A DNA stretch of 64,000 bases, from positions 1,504,001 to 1,568,000 of the forward strand of contig OY969724.1 of the NCBI GenBank assembly GCA_963702205.1. The letters run 5' to 3'. Below the pieces are notes generated by a model. The model was not told where the DNA came from and did not search any database. It saw only the letters and a list, made by a program, of their open reading frames with translations. Source of the DNA: an uncultured candidate division Zixibacteria bacterium. Lineage in GTDB: Bacteria > Zixibacteria > MSB-5A5 > GN15 > PGXB01. The position numbers and the translations under genes were made by a program. Of the stretch, positions 49,762 through 60,784 are shown one piece after another (positions within the stretch are counted from its first letter, which is position 1; each line of letters starts with the position of its first letter).

Positions 49762-50739
49762 ATGGATAAAATAAAAACAGTGGTCGTGGGTGTCGGTCAT
49801 CTGGGGCGGCATCATGCCCGTTGGTACAACAGCCTGCCCGATTCGGAACTGGTCGGCGTCTATGACATTGATCCAGATAAAGGCCGGAGCGTAGCAGAAG
49901 AGTTGAACGTGCCGCAGCTGTCTTCGCTGGATGATGTAATCTCCGAAGCCGAGGCGGTATCGGTAGTGGTGCCGACCGTAAATCATTTTGAAGTGGCTCA
50001 AGAACTGCTTCAAAACAAAGTGCACTGTCTGGTCGAAAAGCCGATTGCGTCATCATCGGACCAGGCGGCCGCCATGATCGCACTGGCCAAAGAGAACAAC
50101 GTCATTATGACGGTCGGGCAGATTGAAAGATTTAATCCGGCGGTGCAGGCGATAATGAAGCACGATATCAACCCGAGGTTTATCGAGGCGCATCGCCTGG
50201 CGGCTTTCAATCCGCGCGGTACCGACGTGGCGGTTATCCTCGACCTGATGATTCACGATATAGATCTGACGCTGCACCTGACAAAATCGAAAATAGCGAG
50301 AATCGATGCCGCCGCCGTGGCGGTGATTTCCGATACGGCCGATATCGCCAACGCCCGGCTCACTTTCGAAAACGGGTCGGTCGCGAATCTCACCGCGAGC
50401 CGGATTTCACTGCGCCCGATGCGCAAGCTGCGGATTTTTCAGAAATCGGGCTATTATTCGCTGGACCTGGCCGAAAAGCGGGCCGATATTTATCGTCTGG
50501 CCGACGAAGTTCCTCCCGACTCGGTCGGCATGAAAATTCCCCTCGGTGACAGCGGACGGGAAATCTTCTATGCCAAAGCGGGAGCGTCGGACGGCGACAT
50601 GCTCCGCGAAGAATTAAAGGCCTTTCTCGACTCGGTGCGCAATAAGGTTCAGCCGCCGGTTGCGGCCGAGGAAGCCGCCGAAGCGCTCCGGGTGGCACTC
50701 GAAGTCGAACGTATCGGCTTGAAGGATATCAAAGATTGA
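49762..50739 (+). CDS. gnnA: Gfo/Idh/MocA oxidoreductase, probable GnnA (UDP-GlcNAc 3-dehydrogenase)
   Basis: 'GVGHLGRHHA', 'EKP', 'ERFNPA', 'DLMIHDID', 'TASRIS'; located between lpxA and lpxB. Confidence 0.75.
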   Translation: MDKIKTVVVGVGHLGRHHARWYNSLPDSELVGVYDIDPDKGRSVAEELNVPQLSSLDDVISEAEAVSVVVPTVNHFEVAQELLQNKVHCLVEKPIASSSDQAAAMIALAKENNVIMTVGQIERFNPAVQAIMKHDINPRFIEAHRLAAFNPRGTDVAVILDLMIHDIDLTLHLTKSKIARIDAAAVAVISDTADIANARLTFENGSVANLTASRISLRPMRKLRIFQKSGYYSLDLAEKRADIYRLADEVPPDSVGMKIPLGDSGREIFYAKAGASDGDMLREELKAFLDSVRNKVQPPVAAEEAAEALRVALEVERIGLKDIKD

Positions 50740-50740
50740 T

Positions 50741-51859
50741 ATGTCCGCCGAAAACATACCCATATTCGTCAGCGCCGGTGATCCCTCCGGCGACATCGCC
50801 GGGTATCATCTACTAAACGCACTCCAAAGACAAAATCCCGGATTTCAATTTTTCGGCCTCGGCGGCAAACGCATGAAAAGAGCCGGGCAGGATCAGATTG
50901 TCGATGGCGACGAGCTCGCGGTGATGGGTTTCTGGGAGGTCGCGCGAAAGTTCTGGTTTTTTAAGAGGCTAATGTCCGATTGCGTCGAGCAGATTAAAAG
51001 CCGCAGGCCCGCCGCAGCGATACTCATAGATTATCCCGGCTTCAATCTGAGGCTGGCGGCGAGACTGCACGACCTTGATGTCCCGGTCATTTATTATATT
51101 TCTCCCCAAATCTGGGCCTGGGCGCCCAAACGCATCGAGAAAATAAAGCGCTGGGTCAATCTGATGCTGGTGATTTTGCCTTTTGAAACGTCGCTGTACG
51201 ATAAAGCCGGGGTGCCGAACCGGTTTGTCGGCCATTACCTGATGGATGATTTGGACAAGAAATATATCAGAGCACCGTTCAATGACAAATCCGACCTGGT
51301 GACGCTGATGCCGGGATCGCGGCCGCAGGAAGTGGAGCGAATGCTCCCGACCATGCTGGAGAGCGCGGCGATTATCAGCAAAGAAATTCAATGTCACTTT
51401 GCCATTGCCGGGGTACAAGGCGGGATCGACTATAATAAGTACATTAAAGATTCGCCGATTTCCGTTGCTTTGTCGATGGACAACAACCGTCAGTTGATCA
51501 GCGAAAGCCGCATGGTGATTGCATCGTCGGGCACGGCGACGCTTGAAACCGGGATTATCGGGCGGCCGATGGTCGTCATTTATAAGACGGGGCGTATTAC
51601 CTATATGATCGCCCGGCGGCTGGTGCAGATCGACAAAATAGCTTTGATAAACATCGCGGCTGGCAAAAAAATAGTGCCGGAATTGATACAAGACGAAGCG
51701 ACACCGCAAAGGATCGCCTCCGAAGTCAACCGCGTGCTGGCCGACTCGGGGCAGTTGAATGCGATTGTGGAGCAGCTCAATGACGTTACCGACCGGCTGG
51801 GCGGCCCGGGGACGTCGGAGCGCGCCGCGCGGGCGATACGGGAGTTTATCAATTGCTGA
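50741..51859 (+). CDS. lpxB: Lipid-A-disaccharide synthase
   Basis: 'AGDPSGD', 'IDYPGFN', 'SPQIWAW', 'PGSRPQE', 'SGTATLE'. Confidence 0.96.
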   Translation: MSAENIPIFVSAGDPSGDIAGYHLLNALQRQNPGFQFFGLGGKRMKRAGQDQIVDGDELAVMGFWEVARKFWFFKRLMSDCVEQIKSRRPAAAILIDYPGFNLRLAARLHDLDVPVIYYISPQIWAWAPKRIEKIKRWVNLMLVILPFETSLYDKAGVPNRFVGHYLMDDLDKKYIRAPFNDKSDLVTLMPGSRPQEVERMLPTMLESAAIISKEIQCHFAIAGVQGGIDYNKYIKDSPISVALSMDNNRQLISESRMVIASSGTATLETGIIGRPMVVIYKTGRITYMIARRLVQIDKIALINIAAGKKIVPELIQDEATPQRIASEVNRVLADSGQLNAIVEQLNDVTDRLGGPGTSERAARAIREFINC

Positions 51860-53106
51860 CCCTGTATAAAATTGCCACGTTTGTCATATATTACGTGACG
51901 CTGCCGTACACTTTTCTGTCATCGCTTTCGGGTTCTATGAAATGGAAGAACCGCCTGGGGCTGGGTTTCCCTGATGTAGTCCACGATAGTCCACTCATCT
52001 GGCTGCATGCGGCCTCGATGGGTGAGGTGTCCGTGCTCGGTATTCTGGCCGATCATATTCGGCGGCTGGACGAGACAGTGCAGTTGTACGTTACGGTCAT
52101 GACCGAAACCGGATACAAACGCGCTCGCGACCTGTTGCCCGACAATATTCTCGTGTCATTTTTCCCCCTCGACTGCAAAACTCCGATTAAAAGATTTTTA
52201 AATACGATTGAGCCCGATCTGGCCGTATTTATCGAAACCGAAATTTGGCCCAACTGGATTTTGCGGCTGTACCGCCGAAATGTCCCGATAGTCCTGGCCA
52301 ACGGACGACTTTCGGAAAAATCGGCGCGGTCGTACGCACGCTTTGGATCGTCGATGAAAAAGCTGATGTCATGCTACAGCAGCATTATGGTGCAATCAGA
52401 AGAAAACAAAGCGCGGTTTATGTCTATCGGAGCGGACGATACCAAAATTGTCATAGCCGGGAGTCTTAAATTCGATGCACCTGTTCGCGAGCTGACGGAT
52501 AGCACCAGGCGAACCATTAGAAAAAGACTGCCGTTCGATCGGGAGGCCAAAATATGGATTTGCGGTTCGAGCCGCAACGGTGAACACGAGTTGTTGCTCA
52601 ACGTTTATGTCAACCTCAAAAAGAAACATCCTTCACTGCACATGATTTTGGTGCCGCGACATCTGGAAAAAATAGATGACATCGCTCGCATGATAGACGA
52701 TAGAGGTTTGAAATCGGTCCGTTATACCGCGATGACCGATGCAACGCCGGATGTCGATATATTGCTGGTCGACCAGATAGGGTGCCTCAATGATTTATAT
52801 CCGGCCTCGGATATCTCCTTTGTCGGCGGGACGCTGGTCGATATCGGCGGCCATAATTTGTTGGAGCCGGTTTGGGCCGGGGTGCCGGTTTTGTTCGGGC
52901 CGTGCATATCGAATGTCAAAGACAGCGCTGAGTATATTGAAAAAAGTGATTTCGGTCTCAGGGTCGATGATAGCAATCGCCTGGAATCTGCGCTTGATTC
53001 GTTTTTATCCGGCCGTCTGAAATTTGCCCGCAAGACTGAAGTTTCAGGGGGCGCTTCGGGTGCCTCGGGGACGGCTCAAATCATATTATCCTTGTTACGG
53101 AAATGA
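51853..53106 (+). CDS. waaA: Kdo transferase
   Basis: 'IWLHAASMGE', 'ETEIWPN', 'VPRHLE', 'GGHNLLEP'. Confidence 0.95.
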   Translation: MLTLYKIATFVIYYVTLPYTFLSSLSGSMKWKNRLGLGFPDVVHDSPLIWLHAASMGEVSVLGILADHIRRLDETVQLYVTVMTETGYKRARDLLPDNILVSFFPLDCKTPIKRFLNTIEPDLAVFIETEIWPNWILRLYRRNVPIVLANGRLSEKSARSYARFGSSMKKLMSCYSSIMVQSEENKARFMSIGADDTKIVIAGSLKFDAPVRELTDSTRRTIRKRLPFDREAKIWICGSSRNGEHELLLNVYVNLKKKHPSLHMILVPRHLEKIDDIARMIDDRGLKSVRYTAMTDATPDVDILLVDQIGCLNDLYPASDISFVGGTLVDIGGHNLLEPVWAGVPVLFGPCISNVKDSAEYIEKSDFGLRVDDSNRLESALDSFLSGRLKFARKTEVSGGASGASGTAQIILSLLRK

Positions 53107-54170
53107 AACTTTTCTGGCAAAAAGTAATCGCCAATAAATCCCACCCGATGTACTGGCCGTTTGTACTAATACTGTGGATAATATCTTTAGTGTACCGTGT
53201 TCTTAATGCTCTTAATCGAATCTTGAATTCAAATAAAGTAAAATTAAATATTCCGGTCATATCGGTTGGCAATCTGACAGTCGGAGGTGCGGGCAAGACG
53301 CCGATTGTGACAGCGCTGGCTCAATTGTTAACCGGCAAAAGTAACAAGATTGGGATTGTCGCTCGGGGATACGGGCGAGAATCAAATGAAATCATAATCG
53401 GTATCGGGGCCGATCTTTGTCGAAAAAGTGCCGCAGAAATCGGTGATGAGCCGCTGATGATGGCGGAATGTTTGCCCGATGTCTATTTTGCGGTCGGTTC
53501 ACCTAAATGGAAAGCGGCGCAAAAGCTATCAAGATCAGCAAGACTCGATGTTATCATAATTGATGACGGTTTTCAGCACTATCGTCTGGCCCGTAACCTG
53601 GATATTGTCGCCGTAGATGCCCGTCATGATCTCAGGAATGAATCGATATTCCCGCTGGGGCGACTTAGGGAAAGTTTGAAAAATCTTAAAAGGGCTGACA
53701 TCATAATTCTTAATCGAGTTGATCAAGCAAATGAAAATTCCAGGTATATAAAATGGCTGGAAAGCGTTTACACGGACAAATTAACACTTCGAGCCGGATA
53801 TAAGATATCGGCGCTGATTTCAGCCGATAGTCAAAAGCCTGTTGAATTTATCGAAGGCAAAAGTATCGTGGCGTTTTCGGGGATTGCCGACAATAAATCA
53901 TTTGAGGATATTATCTTAGAATATAAGCCCTCTCACCTCGAAATTTTAACCTTTGCAGATCATTGCCGCTATCAAAAAACCGAAATCGGCGCCATTAAAA
54001 ACAAAATGGGAACTTTTGACCCCGATTTAGTCTTGACGACTCACAAGGATTATGTTAAAGTCAGAAACTATAAATTCGGTCGTGTGGTTTATTATGTTAA
54101 AGTCGTGCCGGAATTTATGCCCGGGTATGACGAACTGATAAATAGGCTTGAAGGAATTATTGGCGGATAG
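53103..54170 (+). CDS. lpxK: Tetraacyldisaccharide 4'-kinase
   Basis: 'VGNLTVGGAGKTP', 'GDEP', 'DDGFQH', 'P.GRLRE', 'DH..Y', 'TTHKD'. Confidence 0.95.
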   Translation: MKLFWQKVIANKSHPMYWPFVLILWIISLVYRVLNALNRILNSNKVKLNIPVISVGNLTVGGAGKTPIVTALAQLLTGKSNKIGIVARGYGRESNEIIIGIGADLCRKSAAEIGDEPLMMAECLPDVYFAVGSPKWKAAQKLSRSARLDVIIIDDGFQHYRLARNLDIVAVDARHDLRNESIFPLGRLRESLKNLKRADIIILNRVDQANENSRYIKWLESVYTDKLTLRAGYKISALISADSQKPVEFIEGKSIVAFSGIADNKSFEDIILEYKPSHLEILTFADHCRYQKTEIGAIKNKMGTFDPDLVLTTHKDYVKVRNYKFGRVVYYVKVVPEFMPGYDELINRLEGIIGG

Positions 54171-55798
54171 ATGGAAAAGCGTTACGATTTCATAATTATC
54201 GGTTCCGGTATCGCCGGGCTGTTTTTCGCACACAAGATATCCGGATTGATGCCCGATGCGAAAGTCGCGATTATAACCAAGAAATCCGAAACGGAGTCGA
54301 ATACCAACTACGCCCAGGGCGGGATAGCGACGGTCATGTCGAAGATTGACAGCTTTGACATGCATATAAAAGACACTCTGGTGGCCGGGGCCGGCTTGTG
54401 CCGCCGCGACGTGGTCGAACAGATTATCCGCTATGGGCCGGAAATCATAAATAAACTCGTGGAAATCGGCGTCCATTTCACCAGGCGGGGTAAGACTTTC
54501 GATCTGGGCCGCGAGGGTGGGCACACCACCAACCGGGTCGTGCACGCCGCCGATCTGACTGGGCGCGAAATCGAACATGCGCTATTAAATGCCTGCCGCC
54601 GGAGAAAGAATGTCGATATTTACCGCAACACGATTGCGCTTGATTTGATCACGTACCAGTGGAAAGGCCGCGACCGGTGCGGCGGTGTTTATGCCTTTTC
54701 CGAGAAGAAGAACGACCTGACCGGCTTTTATGCCCCGGTGACGATGCTCGCCACCGGCGGTATCGGGCAGGTTTATTATCATACGACCAATCCGAAAATC
54801 GCCACCGGCGACGGGATCGCGATGGCGTACCGGGCCGGAGCCGGGTGGCCAACCTGGAATTCGTACAGTTTCATCCGACCGCCCTGTACAGCCCCGGCAA
54901 GAAACCATTTTTGATTTCCGAGGCCGTGCGCGGCGAAGGCGGCGTCCTGATAAACTCGGTCGGGAAGAAATTCATGCGCGGCTATCATCCTCTGAAGGAC
55001 CTGGCCCCTCGTGATATCGTCGCGCGGGCGATCGATACCGAGCTCAAGCAAACCGGCGACCGGTTCGTGCTGCTGGATATAAGTCATAAAGGGGCGGCCT
55101 TTGTCAAAAAACGTTTCCCCAATATATATAACGAATGCCTGAAGCGGGGGATGGATATCTCGAAAGAACCGATTCCGGTGGTGCCGTCGGCGCATTACGT
55201 TTGCGGGGGGGTTATGGCCGATATTCACGGCCACACCGATATTGAGGGGTTGTTCGTCTGCGGAGAGTCGGCTTGTACCGGTATGCACGGCGCCAACCGG
55301 TTAGCTTCCAATTCGCTTTTGGAAGCGGTGGTTATGTCGGACTTTGCCGCCGATGATGCCGTCGAGTTTCGTCAGAACGGGAATTTCCCCGATTCGCCGC
55401 CGTCCAAAGAGTGGCTGCACTCTACCATCGACGGGATAAAAGACAAAATCATAATTTCTCACGAGCGCACCGAGGTGCGGCGTTTGATGTCCGATTATTT
55501 GGGCATAGTCCGCAGCAGCGAGCGGTTGAAAATGGTGCATCAAAGGGTGAAAGTTATCCTCAAAGCGATAAATGCTTATTATCTTGGCAATCCCGTATCG
55601 TACGGAGTCGTAGAACTTCGCAATATCGCCCAGGTGGCGGAGTTGGTTATACGGTCCGCCAAACGGCGCAAGGAATCGCGGGGGCTGCACTGGATTATAG
55701 ATTACCCGGAAATCGACGACAAGCGCTGGAAGCGGGACACAGTGATTAAACCGCCCAATTATGTGTCCAACGGGAGGAACCATGGTCCACGCCGATGA
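54171..55798 (+). CDS. nadB: L-aspartate oxidase (apparent -1 frameshift at ~54841)
   Basis: 'GSGIAGL', 'AQGGIA', 'REGGH', '[13 protein letters not shown]' in the first frame, then '[13 protein letters not shown]', 'SEAVRGEG', '[11 protein letters not shown]', 'ESRGLH' in the next. Confidence 0.93.
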
Positions 55799-57323
55799 AA
55801 TGATTTTAATCCTCGATTTCGGATCACAGTACACGCAACTGATCGCGCGGCGTATCCGTGAAGCCAAAGTTTATTGCGAAATTGTCCCATGCACCGCTGA
55901 CCATAAGGAATTTTCATCGCGCAATATCAAAGGGTACGTTCTCTCCGGAGGTCCGGCTTCGGTTTTGGAGGAAGGTTCGCCACAGCTTGACAGTTCCTTT
56001 TTCGAAACCGGAAAGCCCATACTCGGCATTTGTTACGGGATGCAGCTTCTGGCAAAAAATTTCGGCGGGAAACTGGTGCGCAGCGAATTTCGGGAGTACG
56101 GCCCGGCGAAAATCGAGCTCAAAGCGACGCCTGCGATTTTCAAAGGCATCGCCGGGGCCAGCCAGGTCTGGATGAGTCACGGTGATTCGATCGTCGAAAT
56201 GCCGAACGATTTTGTCGTGACGGCTTCAACCGCGACCCTGCCTATCGCCGCAATCGCCAATGACAAAAGGAAAATCTTCGGGGTGCAGTTTCATCCCGAG
56301 GTGCATCATACCGATGAAGGCAAAAAAATCCTTCACAATTTCCTGTATGACGTTTGCGGCTGTTCGGGGAGCTGGACGACCGAATCTTTCATCGAAACGA
56401 CGGTAAAAAACCTGTCCGAAAAACTGGCCGACGAGAAAGTAGTGCTGGCTATATCCGGCGGGGTCGATTCCACTGTCTGTGCCCTGCTCTTGAAGAAAGC
56501 CGTCGGGGACCGTCTGTATGCGATATTCGTCAATAACGGTGTTCTTCGCAAGAACGAATTCGAAGATGTCACAACAATGCTTTCGTCGCTGGGATTGAAC
56601 TTAATCCCGGTCGATGCCTCGGACATGTTTCTGGCCCGGCTGCAGGGCATTACCGATCCGGAAAAGAAAAGGGTTATCATCGGCAATACGTTTATAGATA
56701 TTTTCGAAGAACAGGCCAGGAAGATTGGGGATATTAAATTTCTGGCTCAGGGGACGCTTTATCCCGATGTCATCGAATCGGTGTCGTTCAAGGGCCCGTC
56801 GGCGACGATCAAGACCCATCACAACGTCGGCGGCTTGAAAGAACGCATGGAACTGAAATTGATCGAGCCATTAAGGGAGCTTTTTAAGGATGAGGTTCGC
56901 GAACTGGGGCGCCTTTTCGGGCTGGACAATAAGTTCGTGGGCCGACACCCGTTTCCCGGTCCGGGACTGGCGGTGAGAATTGTGGGGGAAATTACTCGAG
57001 GTCGTCTGGATATCCTGCGCGAGGCCGACGCCATATTTATTGAAGAACTTCGCGCCGCCGATCAGTACGACAAAATCTGGCAGGCGTTCGCGGTGCTTCT
57101 GCCGGTGAAATCGGTTGGAGTAATGGGCGACGAGCGGACTTATGAAAACGTGGTGGCGCTCCGGGCGGTGACATCGACCGACGCCATGACGGCCGACTGG
57201 GCCAAGATACCATATGACCTGCTGGCTCGGGTTTCCAACCGAATTATCAATGAAGTAAAAGGGGTCAACCGGGTAACGTATGATATTTCCTCCAAGCCTC
57301 CGGCGACCATCGAATGGGAATAA
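55782..57323 (+). CDS. guaA: GMP synthase (glutamine-hydrolysing)
   Basis: '[14 protein letters not shown]', 'GICYGMQ', 'QFHPEV', 'SGGVDS', 'KPPATIEWE'; RBS GGAGG before 55782. Confidence 0.97.
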   Translation: MVHADEMILILDFGSQYTQLIARRIREAKVYCEIVPCTADHKEFSSRNIKGYVLSGGPASVLEEGSPQLDSSFFETGKPILGICYGMQLLAKNFGGKLVRSEFREYGPAKIELKATPAIFKGIAGASQVWMSHGDSIVEMPNDFVVTASTATLPIAAIANDKRKIFGVQFHPEVHHTDEGKKILHNFLYDVCGCSGSWTTESFIETTVKNLSEKLADEKVVLAISGGVDSTVCALLLKKAVGDRLYAIFVNNGVLRKNEFEDVTTMLSSLGLNLIPVDASDMFLARLQGITDPEKKRVIIGNTFIDIFEEQARKIGDIKFLAQGTLYPDVIESVSFKGPSATIKTHHNVGGLKERMELKLIEPLRELFKDEVRELGRLFGLDNKFVGRHPFPGPGLAVRIVGEITRGRLDILREADAIFIEELRAADQYDKIWQAFAVLLPVKSVGVMGDERTYENVVALRAVTSTDAMTADWAKIPYDLLARVSNRIINEVKGVNRVTYDISSKPPATIEWE

Positions 57324-57361
57324 CTCGATGAATTCTACCGGCTTGCGACTTTCTTATTCAA

Positions 57362-57390
57362 TTGACAAAGCGGACTCATTCGACTATAAT
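57362..57390 (+). promoter_or_regulatory. sigma70 promoter
   Basis: Perfect TTGACA-N17-TATAAT. Confidence 0.85.
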
Positions 57391-57442
57391 GGAAGTCGAT
57401 TTTAGGTGATGGTGCTGGTATTTTAAAGAGACGGATTTCAAA

Positions 57443-58432
57443 TTGACCACTTTGGACAAAAATCGACTCGAAGAACTTATACGGCCTGTCCAGGGCGAAC
57501 TGGACCAGTTTGACCGCAAGCTTCACGCCTTTTTGAAAGGCGACTCGCCTTTAATCAGTTCCATTGCCAAGCACCTGTTGAAATCGCGGGGCAAGCGAAT
57601 TCGCCCGGCCATCCTGTTTCTGACGTCGCGGGCGGGCAAATATCACAGCGATCACACGGTCGATGTTTCTTTATCCATCGAATTGATTCATACGGCGACA
57701 CTTCTCCACGACGACGTGGTCGATGATTCCGATATGCGCCGGGGAACCGAGACCGTTAATTTCAAATGGACCAACCTGATTTCGGTTCTGATGGGCGATT
57801 ACCTGTTTGCCAAGGCGTTCCGGCTGATGTCGTCGGTCGGCTCGACCCAGCTTATGGATGCCATCTCGCAGGCGACAGAGCGAGTTTCGGTGGGGGAATT
57901 GCGGCAAATAGAGGAAACGTCGAATTATGACCTGTCCGAAGAGGAATATATTAAGATAATCGCGGACAAGACGGCCGCCCTGTTTGCGGTCGCGTGTGAA
58001 GTCGGTCCAATTCTGGCTTCCCAGAGCAACGAGGTTCGCCAGCGTTTCGCCACTTTCGGGGAGAAAATCGGCGTGGCTTTTCAGATCGCCGACGATCTGC
58101 TCGATTTCGTGGGTGATGCGCTGGTCACCGGAAAAGAGCCCGGTAACGACATTCTAACCGGCAAGGTCACACTGCCGCTGATATATTCTCTCCGTACCGC
58201 CGACAAGGCACGGGCCAACAGCATGATGGAAATATTGAATAACGGCGTCAATAAGACCGGTTTCCTGAAGATTCTGAAATACGTGACTGAAACCGGTGGA
58301 ATCGAATACGCTTATCAGCGGGCCGCGGAGATCGCCCGGGAAGGCCTCGAGGCGGTGAAAGACCTCGACGATACCGAATATTTCAAATCCCTGAAGGGGA
58401 TGGTGCAATTTTCCACGACCCGCGCCGCGTAA
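57443..58432 (+). CDS. Polyprenyl diphosphate synthase (IspB/HepT-like)
   Basis: 'GKRIRP', 'LLHDDVVD...RRG', 'KTA', 'FQIADDLLD'. Confidence 0.94.
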   Translation: MTTLDKNRLEELIRPVQGELDQFDRKLHAFLKGDSPLISSIAKHLLKSRGKRIRPAILFLTSRAGKYHSDHTVDVSLSIELIHTATLLHDDVVDDSDMRRGTETVNFKWTNLISVLMGDYLFAKAFRLMSSVGSTQLMDAISQATERVSVGELRQIEETSNYDLSEEEYIKIIADKTAALFAVACEVGPILASQSNEVRQRFATFGEKIGVAFQIADDLLDFVGDALVTGKEPGNDILTGKVTLPLIYSLRTADKARANSMMEILNNGVNKTGFLKILKYVTETGGIEYAYQRAAEIAREGLEAVKDLDDTEYFKSLKGMVQFSTTRAA

Positions 58433-58484
58433 TATCTTTGTATGATTTTAAACTTTATCCGCCTGTCCCGATATAATTAATACA

Positions 58485-60656
58485 ATGTCGAACGTCGCCG
58501 AAATTACCATAGATTTTCTTACCGGGCACCCGCTGCTGACCGCCCTGGCTCTGGTTTTGTCGCTGCTTCTGGCCGTGTATCTTTATCGTAGAACCAATCC
58601 ACCGATTCCGACCGGCATAAGAATCCTCCTCGGTGCCCTCCGGTTTATCGCCATACTGGCGTTGTTTCTCGCTTTGTTCGAGCCGGTTTTGTCTTATACT
58701 CGGGAGTATGAGAAAACTCCGAAGCTGTCGTTGCTGCTGGATGATTCATCGAGCATGAGCACGGTTGAAGATGGTTTTTCCCGGCACGCGCGCGCCATTG
58801 ATTTTCTCGATTCCGACAAATACAAAGAATTCGCTAAAAACTTCGACATAACGACATATTATTTCGGCGGCAACCTGACCGAAAACGCCGGTCAGGTGGA
58901 TTCGCTCTCAACGGCTTTGGGGACGGTGCTTGCCGATCTTCAGAAAAAAGAAGCGGCCGATCCGGCCCAGGCCTGGCTTTTGGTTTCCGACGGCATCAAC
59001 AATCAGGGACTCGACGCCGTCACGGCTTCGGACCATCTGGTTTCACCGGTATATGCTCTGGGGGTGGGATCGGATGCGGGTTTGCGCGACGTCGCCATCG
59101 CCGGATTGGAATACAACCGGGCGGCTTTTGTCGGCAAGCCGACCGAAATAGTCGTGCACGTGCAGTGGTCGGGGATCAAAAACGAACCGGTCGCAGTGCA
59201 AATCAAGAACGGCCGGAAAGTTCTCGCCGCCGATACTCTTAAAGCCGCACCGGGTGACCTGAAACAGGATGTGTCGGTTTCGTTCGTACCGGACCGCATC
59301 GGCCGTCAAACCTATAGCGCCGAAATCCCCCGGCTGAGTGACGAAGTAAACGTCGACAATAACGCCCGTTCGTTTTCCATGCTGGTGATGAAGAGTCGTC
59401 TAAACGTTCTTCTCGTGGCCGATCATCTCGACTGGGAATATGCCTTTTTAAAAAGATTTTTGAACCGCTCGGAAAATATCGACCTATCCACGGTGGTCTA
59501 CCAGGGTAATGGGAACACTCTCGAGGGCCAGTTCCCGGGTTCGCAGTCGGAACTCAATCAATACGACCTGGTTATTTTTTACGATATAAAGCCCGGTTTT
59601 CTGGCCGGACAGAAAAATATCATTCAGTCTTTTGTCTCCGAAAAGGGCGGCGGGCTGTTTTTCATTCTGGGTGACAACTATCTCGGTGCTCGGCGACCGA
59701 ACTGGGTCGATGATTTTCTGCCGTTCGTCAAGCGCAGAGGTACGGGGCAGATGATCTATACCAAGTTCAACGGGGTGCCGGTCGAGAGCTACCTGTTTCA
59801 TCCATCGGTGCGCCTCTCCGATGACCGTCGCGGCGTCCGGGAACGCTGGCGCGACCTGCCCAATTTCGAGCAGTTGGTCCCGACCGATTCGGTGACGCCG
59901 CAGTCGGAAGTGCTGGTGACGGCCAATCTCGGACGCAACGCCCCCGATATGCCGGTGCTGGGCTATCGCCTGATGGGTGCCGGGAAGATTCTCGCGACGA
60001 CCGCCGCACCGTTCTGGCGCTGGGCGTTTTTAAGTGCCGGGTTCGATGAGCCGACGTCCGATTATGATCGTTTCTGGGACGGTTCGGTCAAATGGCTGGC
60101 GTTGAAAGAAGATTTCGACCCGATAAAGATCACCGGCGACAAAGACGTTTACACGCGCGGGGAGACGGTCGGTTTTACCGCCTTCGTTAACGATCAGGGC
60201 TTTCGGCCCATCGAAAACGCGCGGGGGGCGGTGGAATTGATCAACGAATCCGGCACGGACACGATGACGGTCCAGTGGAAGGATATGGGTGAAGGCCGCT
60301 ACCGGGCCGAATTCGACGCCGTTTCACCGGGACGCTATTCATATCAGGCGACGGTCGAACGCGATGGTGTTCAGTTGAAAGCGACCGAGGGCCAGCTGGC
60401 GGTGGAATCGTACTTTATCGAAGATTATGACCGTCGTCCCGATTTTGCCGCTTTGGAAACCGTAGCGCGCAAGACGGGAGGACTGTATGCTCATATCGAT
60501 AAACCTGACAGCGTTCTTGCGGGAATCGACGCCGCCAAAATATCGGAAACAGTCAAGTACGAAACATCGCTCTGGGACAAAGCCTGGCTGTTATTTATCT
60601 TCATCGGCGCGCTGGCTATCGAGTGGTTCATAAGAAAACGCTATCAGTTGATATAG
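58485..60656 (+). CDS. Membrane-anchored vWA-like / GATase1-like domain protein
   Basis: Two N-terminal TMs, 'LLDDSSSM' MIDAS-like motif, 'LVSDG', 'DLVIF', 'GGGL', C-terminal TM 'EWFIRKR'. Confidence 0.75.
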   Translation: MSNVAEITIDFLTGHPLLTALALVLSLLLAVYLYRRTNPPIPTGIRILLGALRFIAILALFLALFEPVLSYTREYEKTPKLSLLLDDSSSMSTVEDGFSRHARAIDFLDSDKYKEFAKNFDITTYYFGGNLTENAGQVDSLSTALGTVLADLQKKEAADPAQAWLLVSDGINNQGLDAVTASDHLVSPVYALGVGSDAGLRDVAIAGLEYNRAAFVGKPTEIVVHVQWSGIKNEPVAVQIKNGRKVLAADTLKAAPGDLKQDVSVSFVPDRIGRQTYSAEIPRLSDEVNVDNNARSFSMLVMKSRLNVLLVADHLDWEYAFLKRFLNRSENIDLSTVVYQGNGNTLEGQFPGSQSELNQYDLVIFYDIKPGFLAGQKNIIQSFVSEKGGGLFFILGDNYLGARRPNWVDDFLPFVKRRGTGQMIYTKFNGVPVESYLFHPSVRLSDDRRGVRERWRDLPNFEQLVPTDSVTPQSEVLVTANLGRNAPDMPVLGYRLMGAGKILATTAAPFWRWAFLSAGFDEPTSDYDRFWDGSVKWLALKEDFDPIKITGDKDVYTRGETVGFTAFVNDQGFRPIENARGAVELINESGTDTMTVQWKDMGEGRYRAEFDAVSPGRYSYQATVERDGVQLKATEGQLAVESYFIEDYDRRPDFAALETVARKTGGLYAHIDKPDSVLAGIDAAKISETVKYETSLWDKAWLLFIFIGALAIEWFIRKRYQLI

Positions 60657-60784
60657 ATCGCCGATTTTCCTTTATATTTTCGATTCTTTTAAACAATCTC
60701 ACATTTTTAAAATGCTTGTTGATCTGATTTAACAGCGATATTATATAATTTGATTCAAAGAAGAAGCTGAGCAAGAGGATATAA

